Notes: generated by a model from the sequence alone, not told the origin. Positions 1 to 13,381 are shown, counted from the first letter of the stretch. The stretch: 64,000 nucleotides of DNA from the human T2T-CHM13v2.0 reference genome, Homo sapiens (GCF_009914755.1 NC_060936.1); one strand, 5' to 3'. A program made the numbers and translations.

Positions 1-112
1 CCAGGTGCGGTGGCTCACACCTGTAATCCCAGCACTTTGGGAAGCTGAGGCAGGTGGAGTGCTTGAGTCCAGGAGTTTGAGACCAGCCTGGGCAAAATGG
101 CAAAATCCTGTC

Positions 113-150
<38 letters not shown>
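1..150 (+). mobile_element. Alu left monomer (FLAM_C/AluJ-like) with A34 tail
   Basis: GGTGGCTCACACCTGTAATCCCAGCACTTTGGG...GAGACCAGCCTGGGC, then an A run at 117-150. Confidence 0.9.
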
Positions 151-201
<51 letters not shown>

Positions 202-253
202 CACACACACAAGTAAATATATTTATATATATAAATTATATATATATAATTTA
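151..253. repeat. (TA)23 microsatellite plus AT-only palindromes
   Basis: TA repeat at 151-196. Perfect palindromes at 221-236 and 232-253. Confidence 0.95.
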
Positions 254-2191
254 GTAAATCAGTGTTTTGTTTATCCAGGATTCTTAGCTAATATCTTAAT
301 GATATTCTAAAGAGAAGATTTAACAGATATAGAAAGTTAAGAAATGAAATTCTGTTAGTATTATCACAGAAATAATTGGAGACATTTAAAGAATTCAATG
401 TGGTTACTTAAGGGTCTTTTAAAAAATATGTAAAAGATGGTTGAATGGTGGGTACATAAGCAATGATGAGCAAGTAAGTTATGAACTTCTGGAAATGGTG
501 ATGGCTACTGTGTACCTGATTCTGTACAGAAATGCTATTTAATCCTCAAAATAATTGTGTCAGGAAAACAAGAGTGTTTTCTATTATGTAAATGAGAACG
601 CTGAGTTTTGGAGAGTTTAAGTAATTCACCTAAATCATACAGAGGTTTGCTGAGCGTCCACTGAACTTAGGTTTATCTGAAGGGAACATTTATCATTATC
701 TTTAGCCTTTTTTTTTTTTTTTTTAAATAGTCTGCCATGTAGGTCCCAAGAACTTGAAGTAAGATACAGAATTTAGGTTTTGTCTTGATCAAGAATACAT
801 TTTTAACTGGTTATCAAGTTGTGTTAAAGACAGTGGTAAGCTCCTTGTTGTTTGATAGATGCAAACAGATTCTGGATAACCATGTTTTAAGGATGTTGTA
901 GGAAAATTCCTGCTGTTGCTAAGAGGTTAAACTTTATGAACTTCGAGAATCTACCAGGTCTGTGATTTTTATGGTGTTTTTAAAAATTCTACTTGTGTAT
1001 TTAGTCTAAATTTAGATCATGTGAAGGACGATAACTATATGAACTCCTAAAGTGCTGTAGAAATCTTTTTAGAAATCATGTTTTGCCTTATATTTTGATA
1101 TGTTGTGTATGACTCTGTAATCATTAACATAATGCACTAAGTAGGTCTGTGTCTTTTATATAGTTAACATTCATGTAGTTTATTTTTTCTTGAATATGGA
1201 CCAGAGAAAAGATTTGACTATTCAAGTGGATATACTTTTTCCCAACAAAAATAAAAATTATATAAACCAACATTTTCTCTTTGTACTTTAGCCATATGAA
1301 AATGGGCAAATTTAATGGGTTAACATATTAATTGTCTTAACTTAGGTGCCAGGTGACTAATAACTCCTTTTTGTTTTTTTTTCTTAGCATTTGGTTTCTG
1401 TATTTCCTAGACATTTTTTGTTGTTGTTGAGAGCTAATATATATTATTTGAGACATTTTAGAATTAAGTAGAATATAAATTCATAGGGAAAAATTAGCTT
1501 AAATGTAAAGTACTTAATTTTCCGCCTAGTAAATGACAACATCAATACAAGTTTGACAGTAACATTTTAGTAAAAAAGAAAAGTAGATAAAATTCAGTTA
1601 GTTTTAGTCTAAGATCAGTTTATTCAAACTAGATCTTTGTTTATTCTGGTCCATGGAAGCTAGGAAGAGAGAATATCTCCACTACCTGCAGGGATTTGTG
1701 TTTAGAGAAAGGCCAGCATTGCCCTCAGGCTAATGGTTTTGAAACAATGGATATAGTCCATCCCCAGTCTAGAGTGTTGCCAGTTTTTCCTTTGTGGTTT
1801 AATTTTTTTTTAAATTATGCTTCAGGTGTTGAATTGTCAGTGCATCAGATGCTCAGATTCAAACAAATGTATCAAAATATCTAAAATATAGAAAACAAAT
1901 ACAAAATATTATTGCTTTTTTTTTTTTCTCCCAGTATTCCCTTATACTTGTTGATTTGACTGTGACAAGGCCTTTTATATATGGTGGATGTTCTAACCCT
2001 GATGAATTAATGTAGATAATCTCAATGTATTATATTTTTCCTCTGAAAGGAGAAGATTGAGGTAGCTATACTCCAAGATAATAAAATGACAAATATTAAT
2101 AGGCTATTGATTGGTATGTTTCAGGTATTGGTATGTCATCTTATGGTCCACTGAATGACACCGTGGTTGTCATGATTGAAATTTGTTACCC

Positions 2192-2640
<449 letters not shown>

Positions 2641-2676
2641 TGAATTTACATAAAATTTATTCTTTCATTTTTATAG

Positions 2677-2906
2677 TCTGTTCGGCACTTGAAGTACTCC
2701 TTGTTTAAGAAATCACTACTGGGCAGTGTTTCGGATAATGGAATAGTAACTCTCTGGGATGTAAATAGTCAGAGTCCATACCATAACTTTGACAGTGTAC
2801 ACAAAGCTCCAGCGTCAGGCATCTGTTTTTCTCCTGTCAATGAATTGCTCTTTGTAACCATAGGCTTGGATAAAAGAATCATCCTCTATGACACTTCAAG
2901 TAAGAA
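2677..2906 (+). CDS. NEDD1: NEDD1 coding exon (WD40 region, SVRHLKYS...DTSSK)
   Basis: Acceptor ttttatag|TCT and donor AA|gtaagt. 230 nt, phase 0 to 2. Translation SVRHLKYSLFKKSLLGSVSDNGIVTLWDV... matches the NEDD1 WD40 repeats. Confidence 0.97.
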
Positions 2907-3255
2907 GTAAGTGTGACATGCTTATTTCTTAATTTAGTAACAAATAGCTATTATTCCATTAACAGGCATATTTGTGATTTATATAGACCTCTGATTAGTG
3001 TCCAGGGGTCCTAAAGTTTGTACAGTTGATGGATCTAGTAAGAAAGAATTTTCTTCTTATGCAGAAAGAAATAGATGGGTTGCAGGTAGTATTTAGGGTA
3101 CTTCTGAAACATGAACATAGAGAGATGACATCTTAATGATTTCACATTTTAATTTTAGCATCTTTTCCACAATATGATAAAATGCATATGTTTTTAACCC
3201 AAATGATTAATTTGCTTTAAAACTGATTAATTATCTAGAGGAAGGTTTAGAAACG

Positions 3256-3438
3256 ATTGACATTTTGGGCTGGGTAATTCTTTGTTGTGAGGGGCTGTCC
3301 TGGGTATTGTAGGATATTCATCAGCATCCCTGGCCTCTGCTTACTAAATACCAATGGCCTAAATTGTGTCCAGACATTGTCAGATGTCCCCTGGTAGTAA
3401 CCAGGGACAACCTGGGAGCACCCACTTGAGAAATACTG
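3256..3438 (-). mobile_element. MER20 (hAT-Charlie DNA transposon)
   Basis: Reverse complement of MER20 motifs (attgacattttgggctgggtaattctttgttgtgaggggctgtcc...ttgagaaatactg). Confidence 0.8.
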
Positions 3439-4310
3439 ATTATGTACTGGTGTACATAATCTTCTAAGCATTTGGGCCCACTGTACCCTCTTCTTGTTAA
3501 ATTTAGGTATGCTTAGTTAGCTAAAAAACAAAAACAAAAACAAAAGAATGCAAGAGTGATACAGTTGTATTCAAGATGCTTACCACTGTCTGTAGATCAT
3601 GTGGAGTATGAATGTTACTACAAGGGAAGGTCCCACTGTCAGCCTTTATTATGATGCTAGAATTTTTACTGTTAGGACTTATTTGCTGTCTTCTTTTATG
3701 GAACAATTTACTGAGAGCCCAGTAAGCCATTCTTCTTTTCTACTATACACACCAGTAAAGAGCTCAGCTTCAGCAGATCACCATCCGTATTTCTTTATTA
3801 GCTTCCTAAGGATCAAGCATGTGAACTGTGTTCCTCTTAGCTTTTTGGCCAAGACTGTACAACTAAGAACAAAGTAACAGCTGCTCCCCTGTGAAAGGTC
3901 ATAGTCCTCATGAGGCCTAAGCAGGTCAATAAATGGAAAGTGGATACTTAGGCCCTCCTCAACCATGAGGCCAGAGCCCCTGTTTGTGGCGTAATAGACA
4001 GTTCTGCTACATTCACTGTCAGAGTAATAATTAAAGAAATAGGTGCTGCTTCTATAAGATGCAGAATGTACCTATTGGAAGTGAATAGAAAATAAGATGG
4101 AATGTTTAGCAGTTCTCTATATGCCATTTTATTAGAAATGTCTCTAAGTCAAATTCTGAAATTATGCTTTAAACAAATATTTGGGATATGTGTGCTCTTT
4201 GACCAGTTTGAAGTGTTAATAACTCTGGTTTTGGTATATAGTTACTTATATAAGCTAATATACCTGTACACACTAACATTTCTACACATACTTTGTTCTC
4301 CTTTCCAAAG

Positions 4311-4512
4311 GCTAGTGAAAACTTTAGTGGCTGACACTCCTCTAACTGCGGTAGATTTCATGCCTGATGGAGCCACTTTGGCTATTGGATCTTCCCGGGG
4401 GAAAATATATCAATATGATTTAAGAATGTTGAAATCACCAGTTAAGACCATCAGTGCTCACAAGACATCTGTGCAGTGTATAGCATTTCAGTACTCCACT
4501 GTTCTTACTAAG
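4311..4512 (+). CDS. NEDD1: NEDD1 coding exon (WD40 region, LVKTLVAD...STVLTK)
   Basis: Acceptor ctttccaaag|G, branch-like CACTAAC at 4271-4277, donor AAG|gtgaga. 202 nt, phase 2 to 0, in frame with the previous exon. Confidence 0.97.
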
Positions 4513-4897
4513 GTGAGACATTTTCTTTTCAGCATTTTTTATTTTATTAAATAAATCTAACTCAGAATATGGAAATTATATGTGGTCAATTAAACAGTAT
4601 AGTTTTGTTTCATAATTACATAATGATTTTACATGTAATGTATAATAATTTTAGTACAAAGCCATTTGATATTTAGTTTTAAAACTTTTTTTCTTTTTTT
4701 TTTCTCCTTATATATCTCTCTTTTTAAAAGTATTTTAAAAGACATTTTAATTTAGAGGGAAACTCAGGTCTGCCAGCAAGCTTAAGATTTGCAAGGAAAA
4801 AAATATATTTTTTAATCTAACAGGGAATTTATAAAATATTAATGTATAGTATGAAACATTAGTAACCTGAGCTTTTAAATATTCCATTACATTTCAG

Positions 4898-5093
4898 TCA
4901 AGTTTAAATAAAGGCTGTTCAAATAAGCCCACAACAGTGAACAAACGAAGTGTTAATGTGAATGCTGCTAGTGGAGGAGTTCAGAATTCCGGAATTGTCA
5001 GAGAAGCACCTGCCACGTCCATTGCCACAGTTCTACCACAACCTATGACATCAGCTATGGGGAAAGGAACAGTTGCTGTTCAAGAAAAAGCAG
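4898..5093 (+). CDS. NEDD1: NEDD1 coding exon (SSLNKGCS...VQEKA)
   Basis: atttcag|TCA and G|gtaaat. 196 nt, phase 0 to 1. Confidence 0.97.
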
Positions 5094-6574
5094 GTAAATG
5101 TTGCTTATATATTGTTGGAGGGTTGGTTTGTTTTTTTTTTGTTTTTTGTTTTTGGCTTGCATATAATTAGCACATTCTTCAAGAACATAGAACTCAAATT
5201 TATTTGAGTACTTAGGTAAAATTAGTAGAAGTGAAAATCATTGAAGAAGTGAAAATAGTAACTTTGGCTATTAATTTCAAAAATGTTAAAAGGCCCTTAT
5301 TGTTTAGCTAAACTTCTCTTGTGAGAAATATTGTCTTAAAAATGGAAGGAGGCTAACTCAGAAATTATTCATCCTTAATACTACTAAAGACTGAATGGCT
5401 TTTCATTGTGTCTTCAGATTAACCAGTAGAAAATATGAAACTTTGACACTGTCTTATGATTTGATCTCATTAAATAAAAATAAATGAGAATGTTGCAATT
5501 TCTAATGATTTCTTCTTCTCTCATGTAATTGGCGAAACAGTTCTGAAACAGGATTCATTTAGACTTTATTGATGTGTTATATGATAAGCTTTCTCTTATT
5601 GTAGAAAATATTTCTTGCTCACAATAAAAAAATATTCTGTAAATTCCTGAAAACCTTTTCATTTTTATTTTAAGAAGTTATGCTATACTGTCAACGTGCA
5701 ACAAATACTTTAGAAAGTCTACATGGTATACTAGTATGTTTCTGAAATATTGTGCTTAGTAGAAATACATATATCCATGTCTTTTAAATTTTTCAGGATA
5801 AATACTTGGGCAAAAATATTTATTGGTGTTTTTTTTTAGCATGATTTTGCTATTTCCAAGTAGAAGCAAAACTTTAATTTGTTGATCTTGATAGTGTGGA
5901 GTAGTATTTTAAAGTAAGTATATTCACTATAAATTTCCTGTGAATATCTGTATCATCCTTATATAAGAGCCATTATATATTAGGAAAATAATTAAGTTCT
6001 TATTTAGGAACTCCTGGAGACAAAGACAACTGATATCTACTTAAGGAAGAAATTATTTTTGAAATATAACTTTGAGTAATGTCTGCCAACATGTTGAATT
6101 AACTATATTATGAAAATTATCTTTTTTCAAAATTTTCAAAAATTAAACAAAATAAAGATTCTCTCATTCACTGTAAACTCTCTGAAGTCTCTCCATTATT
6201 CATTTAGTTTTATAGTAAGAAGGCTCTTGTTTAACAAAGACAGCATTAATTTGCAAATCAAAGGCTTGGATCTTTCAGGGTCATGGATTAACGATAACTC
6301 TTGGTAGATTCCCAACATTTCTGGCAAAGTGAGTGCTCTGCCCCCACAAAATTAACAATGTTTGTGTATTAATTGTATTTTGAAATGATTGTCATCTTAC
6401 AGAAAAGTTTTAAGAATAGTACAGATAACTCCTGAGCATTACCCTTTGGCAGATGCACTTTATAAATTTTGCCACATTTGCTTCATCATTCTCTTTCTCT
6501 TCCTCTCTCTGTCTCTCATTCTCTCTCACACACACACATTTTTCTTTGCCTCTGAAACATTGAGAATAGTAGAC

Positions 6575-6745
6575 TCAGTCTCAGATCTGTCACTTCCGGC
6601 CAGGATGCTTTTAGGCAATTCTCTTAACCTTTCTGGGTCTCATTTTTTTCCTGTACACATTTAAGATGACATTTAACTGTTAGGGTTATTGTGAAAATCA
6701 GATAAAATGTATTGGAAGTACCTGGCACATGGTAGGCACTCAGTA
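6575..6745 (+). mobile_element. MIR SINE
   Basis: ggcaattctcttaacctttctgggtctcatttt...gggttattgtgaaaat...cctggcacatggtaggcactca. Confidence 0.7.
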
Positions 6746-7869
6746 CACTATGGTGTTGATACTATCATTGTGGTCATCATGATCATCACTATTATTATTT
6801 TAAGCTTTGTATAAAATTAAAGTTCAGAAAAAAATTCTGTTGCTTCTATTGAAGTTGTCCTGATTCAGTTATTTCAAAGAACTTCTCTAAACTTGTTATT
6901 GGTACTTAGTTTTAGAAGGAAATCACCATTTAAGAAGAAAAGAATAAGACTTTAGCGCTGTTTTCAAATGATACCAAACTTCTGTTTCCTAAAGTTTCAG
7001 AGGCTGAGTTATGCATTCAAACATGTTAAGGACCTAGAAAAAAGGAGAGGAAATTTCTTCTTTGTAACAACTGAACTCTTGCTATAGACACTCTTCAACA
7101 ATAGTACAAATGATTTGGTAATATTTTAACTTTATAGCAGGTGTTATTAGAAAAGTTTATTTTATTCGCCAGTCTTGGGCATTTTTGGATATGCAGGCTG
7201 TTCTTTGTTTTCATCTCAGACTTTTCAGTTTTTCATTTGGGCCTGAGATGCCAAATAAAGCACTTTTTAAAATGTAATACAGTAATGTGCTACCAATCCT
7301 GATGGCAGACTTTAATCAAAATTTTTGAACCTCTAAAACTGTCGTTACTCCAGTAATGAAACAGAAGCTTCTGAGCCTGCTGAGCTCCTCTTAAAAGGTC
7401 CCTACTCTAAAGCCATGTGTTTATACACTGCCAGAAAAAATAAACTGCTGCCGTCTCTTTATTGTTGTCTACCTTACTATTCTTTATGAGTTTGGTGTTC
7501 TGGTTTGCTTCCTCTTTGAAACTATGGAGGTTAGTGAAGTCATTTGAGATCTGTAATGCTGAGGGCAATGTTAAGCTCCCACTGTTAGTGAAAGAAAAGA
7601 CAGAAAACCCCTTCACTGCAAGTCAGGGAAGAAAAGTAACATTAATTGAATCCTGCTGTATGTTAGGCATCGCTCTATATGCCTTACAGACTAAAAAAAA
7701 ATCACATTTGTAGATGATCATGAGTCAGTCAATAGCAAAAGTAAGTTGTGTTCAGTGTACTTTAAGAGAGCAGCAAAGTATATAAATTATTTTAGAAAAA
7801 TTCCAACAAAATGGCTAAAATAAGGTATTACTGTATGAACAAATAAGCTGTTTTCTTTTGAGGAACCTT

Positions 7870-7971
7870 TTGTTCCATGAAAATCCTGGTTAACTTTAGC
7901 TCTTGTCATATTCTGTTTTATTGTTCCATGAAAATCCTGATTAACTTTAGCTCTTGTCATATTCTGTTTTA
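7870..7971. repeat. 51-bp tandem duplication (2 copies, 1 mismatch)
   Basis: 7870-7920 and 7921-7971: ttgttccatgaaaatcctg(g/a)ttaactttagctcttgtcatattctgtttta. Confidence 0.95.
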
Positions 7972-8097
7972 TTCTCCTTATGCTCATAGTTGTAATATTA
8001 CCAACAATATGAGTGATACATTAATTTTTACAACCTAGCTTATGATAAAATTTATTTAGATGTAATAACATTGATTTTTATATCTAATTCCTATAAG

Positions 8098-8226
8098 GTT
8101 TGCCTCGAAGCATAAACACAGACACTTTATCTAAGGAAACAGACAGTGGAAAAAATCAGGATTTCTCCAGCTTTGATGATACTGGGAAAAGTAGTTTAGG
8201 TGACATGTTCTCACCTATCAGAGATG
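8098..8226 (+). CDS. NEDD1: NEDD1 coding exon (GLPRSINT...DMFSPIRD; contains S377/S405/S411 mitotic phosphosites)
   Basis: ctataag|GT and G|gtaagt. 129 nt, phase 1 to 1. Residue numbering derived from the spliced frame puts S377, S405 and S411-P where they are known in NEDD1. Confidence 0.96.
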
Positions 8227-9842
8227 GTAAGTCTGTTCAGAGGATCCTGTTCTCTTGCTGGTAGTTAATATTTTTATTCTGGCTAAAAGATGTGAATAAT
8301 AGCTTCAGTCCAACTCTATTCACGGATCAGTTTGCTAATTTTCTCCATCCCTGGGGTGGTATCTTTTTCTTTGCCCTGATATTTCAAATGTTATCATTGT
8401 AAAATATATGCTGGTAATTTTCACATGGGAATTATGCAAATAGCTCTCAAGTTAGCATTTTAATTTCCACAAAAGTTTCTTGAAGGAAGTTTTTACCTTC
8501 ATAGGCAATCTGTCCCTTGTATCTACTTCTAAATTAATGTTCCTAAAATTTTAGATGTTTTGATATGCAAAAAAGTCTTCCTAATTTAAAAAATTGTGTG
8601 TGTATAGGTGTACACCTCCCACCACCCCATAAAAAAGTTGGCATAATAAAAAGCAAATTTGCCAGCTTGATAAATAGAAGCATTATTTGTTATTCTTCAT
8701 AGTGTCTGAACTAAGTACATTGTTTAGGTGTGTCTTTTTGGTACTAACATCCATAATGTTTTTCTTAGTGGAATGGAGTTACCTCATTGCTAACAGCAAT
8801 ATTAATAACATGGATACATTTCTAGAGGGTAATTTGACAGAGTTAATATATTCATACTTTTTGGCCTTGTATTTACATTTCTACAAATTTATCTCAGAAA
8901 ATACTCAGAGAAGCCCACAAAGATTTGTGTATTTATTATTATAAGTGTACCATGTCAACAGCAGGATCTCGAAGTTGTTTCATCCACTCATTATCTTATA
9001 CAATTTCATTTTTTACTTTAAAATTGTCTCTTTTCCAAATGTTCTACAATTTTATAGTCAGAAGGAATAAATACATACGTGGTGGTACAGAATTATTGAG
9101 TATCTTCTGCCTTACCCTGGCCTGCAAATTTCTATTTAAATTGCTAAGTCAAACTGAAAGAGGAAGGATTCTTTTCTTTCAGGATGAAGAGAAGTCGAAC
9201 TACATCAAACTACATTGTAAAGGGTAAACAGAGGGACGGATGTAGGTGGAGAGAAAAGTGCCTAGTGCTGGAGTTGAGAAAGGTTTCTGGGATTAGTGCT
9301 GAATTGCGAGTTTTGGCCAGTGAGACTCCTCTGGAGGAACTTTTGCATTGAAGAATGTACAAAGGGGCTTTTTGGAAGTGTTTGAGTTATAAATTAAATT
9401 CTCTTTAATAGTTTTTAAGACAAATGAATAAATTACTTTTTTCTTTAATTACTTTTGCTATGTTTAAAAATGTTACTAGCATTTGAGTCATACGCCCTCC
9501 AGATTCATTATGGTTCCAAAGTATTGATAAGGAAGCTAATAACTTCTAAAAGTGTGCATGTACATGCTGTGCAATTACTGGGAACATATACACACATGCA
9601 CATAGATGATATTTCTCCTGATATAGTTGTGTGTTTATTGGCCATTTGAATTTCTAGTAAATTCGTTAATGACTTTGGCTCATTTTTAATTCACCTGTTA
9701 AATTTGAATTTTACAATTTTTGTTATGGACTGGCAAATGAATATTACAGGATTAAAATAATCTTATACATATTCTACCATGGAAATAAACACTAATAAAA
9801 CTTTGTTCTGCTTTGCAAAATATTTTTGTATTATTTCAATTG

Positions 9843-9985
9843 ATCCTCAAAGCAATTTTGTGAGCTTATCTGGACATTATCCCCATTTTATAGATGCAGA
9901 AACTGAAACTTAATTGCATCTGAGACTTGTCCAAGGTCACAAAGCTATTAAGTGGTATAGGCAGAACTGGATTATAGCTCTCCAT
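9843..9985 (-). mobile_element. MIR SINE
   Basis: MIR core attatccccattttatagatgcagaaactga...cttgtccaaggtcacaaagct. Confidence 0.8.
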
Positions 9986-10265
9986 AACCTACCCCCTACA
10001 CCAGGGCTTGTTACACTATACCTTGCTGCCTCATTAAATGACTGTACTATAGAATTATCTGTTCATATTTGCTGCTAAAGTGTGAATGAAGCTAAAATAA
10101 TGTAAAAGAGAAATTTAAATCAGTATTCTCCTACCTTTAACATCACTCATATTTAGCTTTTTAAGATTGTTAGTCTCTGAACTCTTTGGGGAATGAATAA
10201 GAAGCCTAAATTGATATGGTTTCTTTTTCACTAGTTTTAAAATTTGATTTTCTAATTTGTTATAG

Positions 10266-10313
10266 ATGCTGTAGTTAACAAGGGAAGTGATGAGTCCATA
10301 GGCAAAGGAGATG
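10266..10313 (+). CDS. NEDD1: NEDD1 48-nt coding exon (DAVVNKGSDESIGKGD)
   Basis: ttgttatag|AT and G|gtaaga. Phase 1 to 1. Too short for the ORF track but needed to join the flanking exons into the NEDD1 sequence. Confidence 0.95.
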
Positions 10314-10357
10314 GTAAGAACTACTTAGAAGTATTTTCGTGAAAATGAAAAGTGAAT

Positions 10358-10890
10358 TGTATTATCTATGCTGTGTAACAAATCTCTCCAACACTTTGAG
10401 GCTTAAAAAAATAAACATTTATCGTCTCATAATTTCTGTGTATTAAGAACTGAGCATGACTTGGCTGAGTACCTTTGCCTTCAAGTCTATCTTCCTGCTT
10501 CAATCAGGATGTCAACCAGAGCTTCATTCAACTTAAGACTCAACTGGGCAGGGAACTGTTTCCAAGCTCATTCCTATGGCTGTTGGCTGGAGATATCAGT
10601 TCCATGCCAATGAGCTTCTTTATATATGGGGCAGCCAACAACATGGCAGCTGGTTTACCTCAGAGCCGGTGAACAAGAGAATTCGAGAGGGCATCCAAAA
10701 TGGAAGCCCTCTCTTAAGATTATGTTAATAACCTTAATCTTGGTAGTGACATCTCACTACTTTTTCATATTACTTTTGTTAGAAGCAAGTTACTAGGTCC
10801 AAGCCACGTTCAAAGGGAGGAGATTACCCAAGGATAGCGACGCCAAAGGCAGGGGTCATTAGAAGCCATCTCAGAAATTGCCTTCCAAGA
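10358..10890 (-). mobile_element. MaLR LTR (MLT1 family)
   Basis: tatctatgctgtgtaacaaat...gcttaaaaaaataaacatttat..ctcataatttctgtg, the typical reverse-complemented MLT1 3' end. Confidence 0.7.
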
Positions 10891-11248
10891 TACATACCAC
10901 AGATATATACCAAATTAACAATTTTCAGTTATCAAGAACTAATACTGACTAAAACATTGTGTTTTGCTGTTTTCAAAGTATTTTCACAAATAATATCTTT
11001 GAAGCCTTACCACTCTGGGAGATGGATATCATCATTTACATTTGTAGATCGGGAAATAGTCACAGAAAGTTTAAGACTTTTGCCCAAAAATACACATCAA
11101 TTGCGGGGTATATCTGAGAAACAAACCAGTCTTCAGAATGCAGATCCATATCTTCTTCCATGTTAATCTGCCTATCATGTTAAATGCTTTTCTTCAATGT
11201 CCAAAATTGGAGGACACCATATGCACATGCAGTTTTTCCCTTTTCCAG

Positions 11249-11451
11249 GCTTTGACTTTCTACCGCAGTTGAACTCAGTGTTTCCTCCAAGAAAAAATCC
11301 AGTAACTTCAAGTACTTCAGTATTGCATTCTAGTCCTCTTAATGTTTTTATGGGATCTCCAGGGAAAGAGGAAAATGAAAACCGTGATCTAACAGCTGAG
11401 TCTAAGAAAATATATATGGGAAAACAGGAATCTAAAGACTCCTTCAAACAG
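11249..11451 (+). CDS. NEDD1: NEDD1 coding exon (GFDFLPQL...DSFKQ)
   Basis: ttttccag|GC and CAG|gtattt. 203 nt, phase 1 to 0. Confidence 0.97.
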
Positions 11452-12327
11452 GTATTTGCCTGAAAATGATACTGAACTCACTGTATGTGTTTATCAGTAG
11501 AAAGTGGGTGGCTGCCAGTGTATGTATCCTAATTATTAGCATTGCTATGCACTTATTCATAAGTCTTGATGTCAGATTTTAATAACTACAGAATACTTTG
11601 AAATCTCGCTTTGGATATGTTGAAGGTTACAGCAGATGGAAAGTGGCAGTATTTTTCTAAGATGAGATACTTGATATATCTTGATAAAGTGTGCAAGAAC
11701 AGTTTATCCCTGAATCCTTTTAAAGTGTATTTCATTGCAGTATACAACATCAAGTTGGTGGTTAAATCATTAGAGCAAACTGATGGTGCTGAGAATGGAA
11801 TTTATCATTGTTACTTTCTGCTAAAATATATATATATAATACAGAATTTAATTTTTTATGTAAGGGTTCAAAATGATCAAAAATTACCAGGAAGGCCAAG
11901 CCAGTTGGGTATACAATATGTCTGTATTTTCGTATTTATTGTTTAGAATGATATTGAAAAGATACCATGTAAGAAGTACAAAAACATCTTTTGATTTATT
12001 TTGCAAATATTATTGACTAGTTACCACATGCATGGTGTTTTTGTTTTTGTTTTGCCAGTTATCTCTATTTTAAATGATACTTAACAGCAGGTGCTTAGTA
12101 AATGAGCTTTTCCTCATGTTATTGTTGAGATTGTTTTTGATTAGTAAGTGTTACTTTATTTTGCCTCCAGTTCTCTTTTTTTTTTTCTTCTTCTATATCT
12201 CTTCCTATTTTCCTTCATTTCTATTAACCTACATACTGGGACAAAAGAGAGAAGTAGGCAAAAATTATATGGGTAATATGAGTAAAAAAATTGTATATTA
12301 AAGTCATTATTTATTTTAAATATAAAG

Positions 12328-12484
12328 TTAGCAAAGTTGGTCACATCTGGTGCTGAAAGTGGAAATCTAAATACCTCTCCATCATCTAACCAAACAAGAA
12401 ATTCTGAGAAATTTGAAAAGCCAGAGAATGAAATTGAAGCCCAGTTGATATGTGAACCCCCAATCAATGGATCCTCAACTCCAA
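12328..12484 (+). CDS. NEDD1: NEDD1 coding exon (LAKLVTSG...GSSTP)
   Basis: Weak acceptor aaatataaag|TTA and donor A|gtaagt. 157 nt, phase 0 to 1. Confidence 0.93.
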
Positions 12485-13381
12485 GTAAGTACATGAAACT
12501 TCCTGATGTTTGAAAGTGTTTGATTGAAAAATCATCCCCATTATTTAACTTGTAAAGGAGAAATAGAGTAATCATAGACTAAAAATGTTCAAAGAGTTTA
12601 AAGTTTATGGACACTTCTGTTGTGTGAGTGTTACTAAAGACAATGAAATGGATATGAATCGTTAAATTCAGGTACGTTGATTTGATCTTTTGGTGTGAAT
12701 TAGATTTTCAGTGTAATATGTGTCTTTAATATGGTAGAGATAGAATTATTATGTAGGACCCTTTGAAAAGGGGTGGTTAACTACCTGAAAATGTCTTTTT
12801 CTCTTTCATATTAAAGTCTTATCCTTAGAGTTTGTGCTACAGACCCATACAAACTTCATCACATTTAAAGGAATATTTGGTTTAACTCTAAGAGTTATCT
12901 ACACAAAGCAACTCTTTGTTTACAATCAACTCTCATATAAATATCTATATTTTACTTGAAGTTTTCTGTGGATATATATTGCATTAGCTTAAACTCTAAG
13001 GCTTTTCCTGTAGCAGTACTTTACTCCTATTTTCCTTCGGTTTGTTTTTAATAGTCTTGGTTTATCTAGTTTATGGTGCAGCTTGTCACATTCATCTTTT
13101 ATAAGAGGAAATGGTTCATAGATTCTTCAAGATTAATCCCTCTGTCATGTGGTATTACATTAGACAGCTGGCAGTTTATATATATAGATAAATGACTATT
13201 AGAAATAATGTTATAGAAAGTTTCTAAGATTTGTATTCCAGACAGTGAATTTTTCTAAATGTCACAGGAACACTCTTCTTTGCCAGTTTTTCAAGTTTCC
13301 ACATGCCAAATCTTATTTAGAAATGTTTGATGTCTCTCAGTCCAAGTTGACTATTAATATTTTCTTCATTCTTTATTTTAG

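Noticed and set aside
4102-4554. ORF-track starts and ends for NEDD1-containing ORFs (also 2689, 4937, 11197, 13245)
   Set aside because: They run into intron sequence or use the wrong frame. The true boundaries are set by the splice sites listed in features.
12156-12575. 139-aa antisense ORF over a NEDD1 exon
   Set aside because: A shadow frame of the coding exon plus low-complexity intron, with no independent support.
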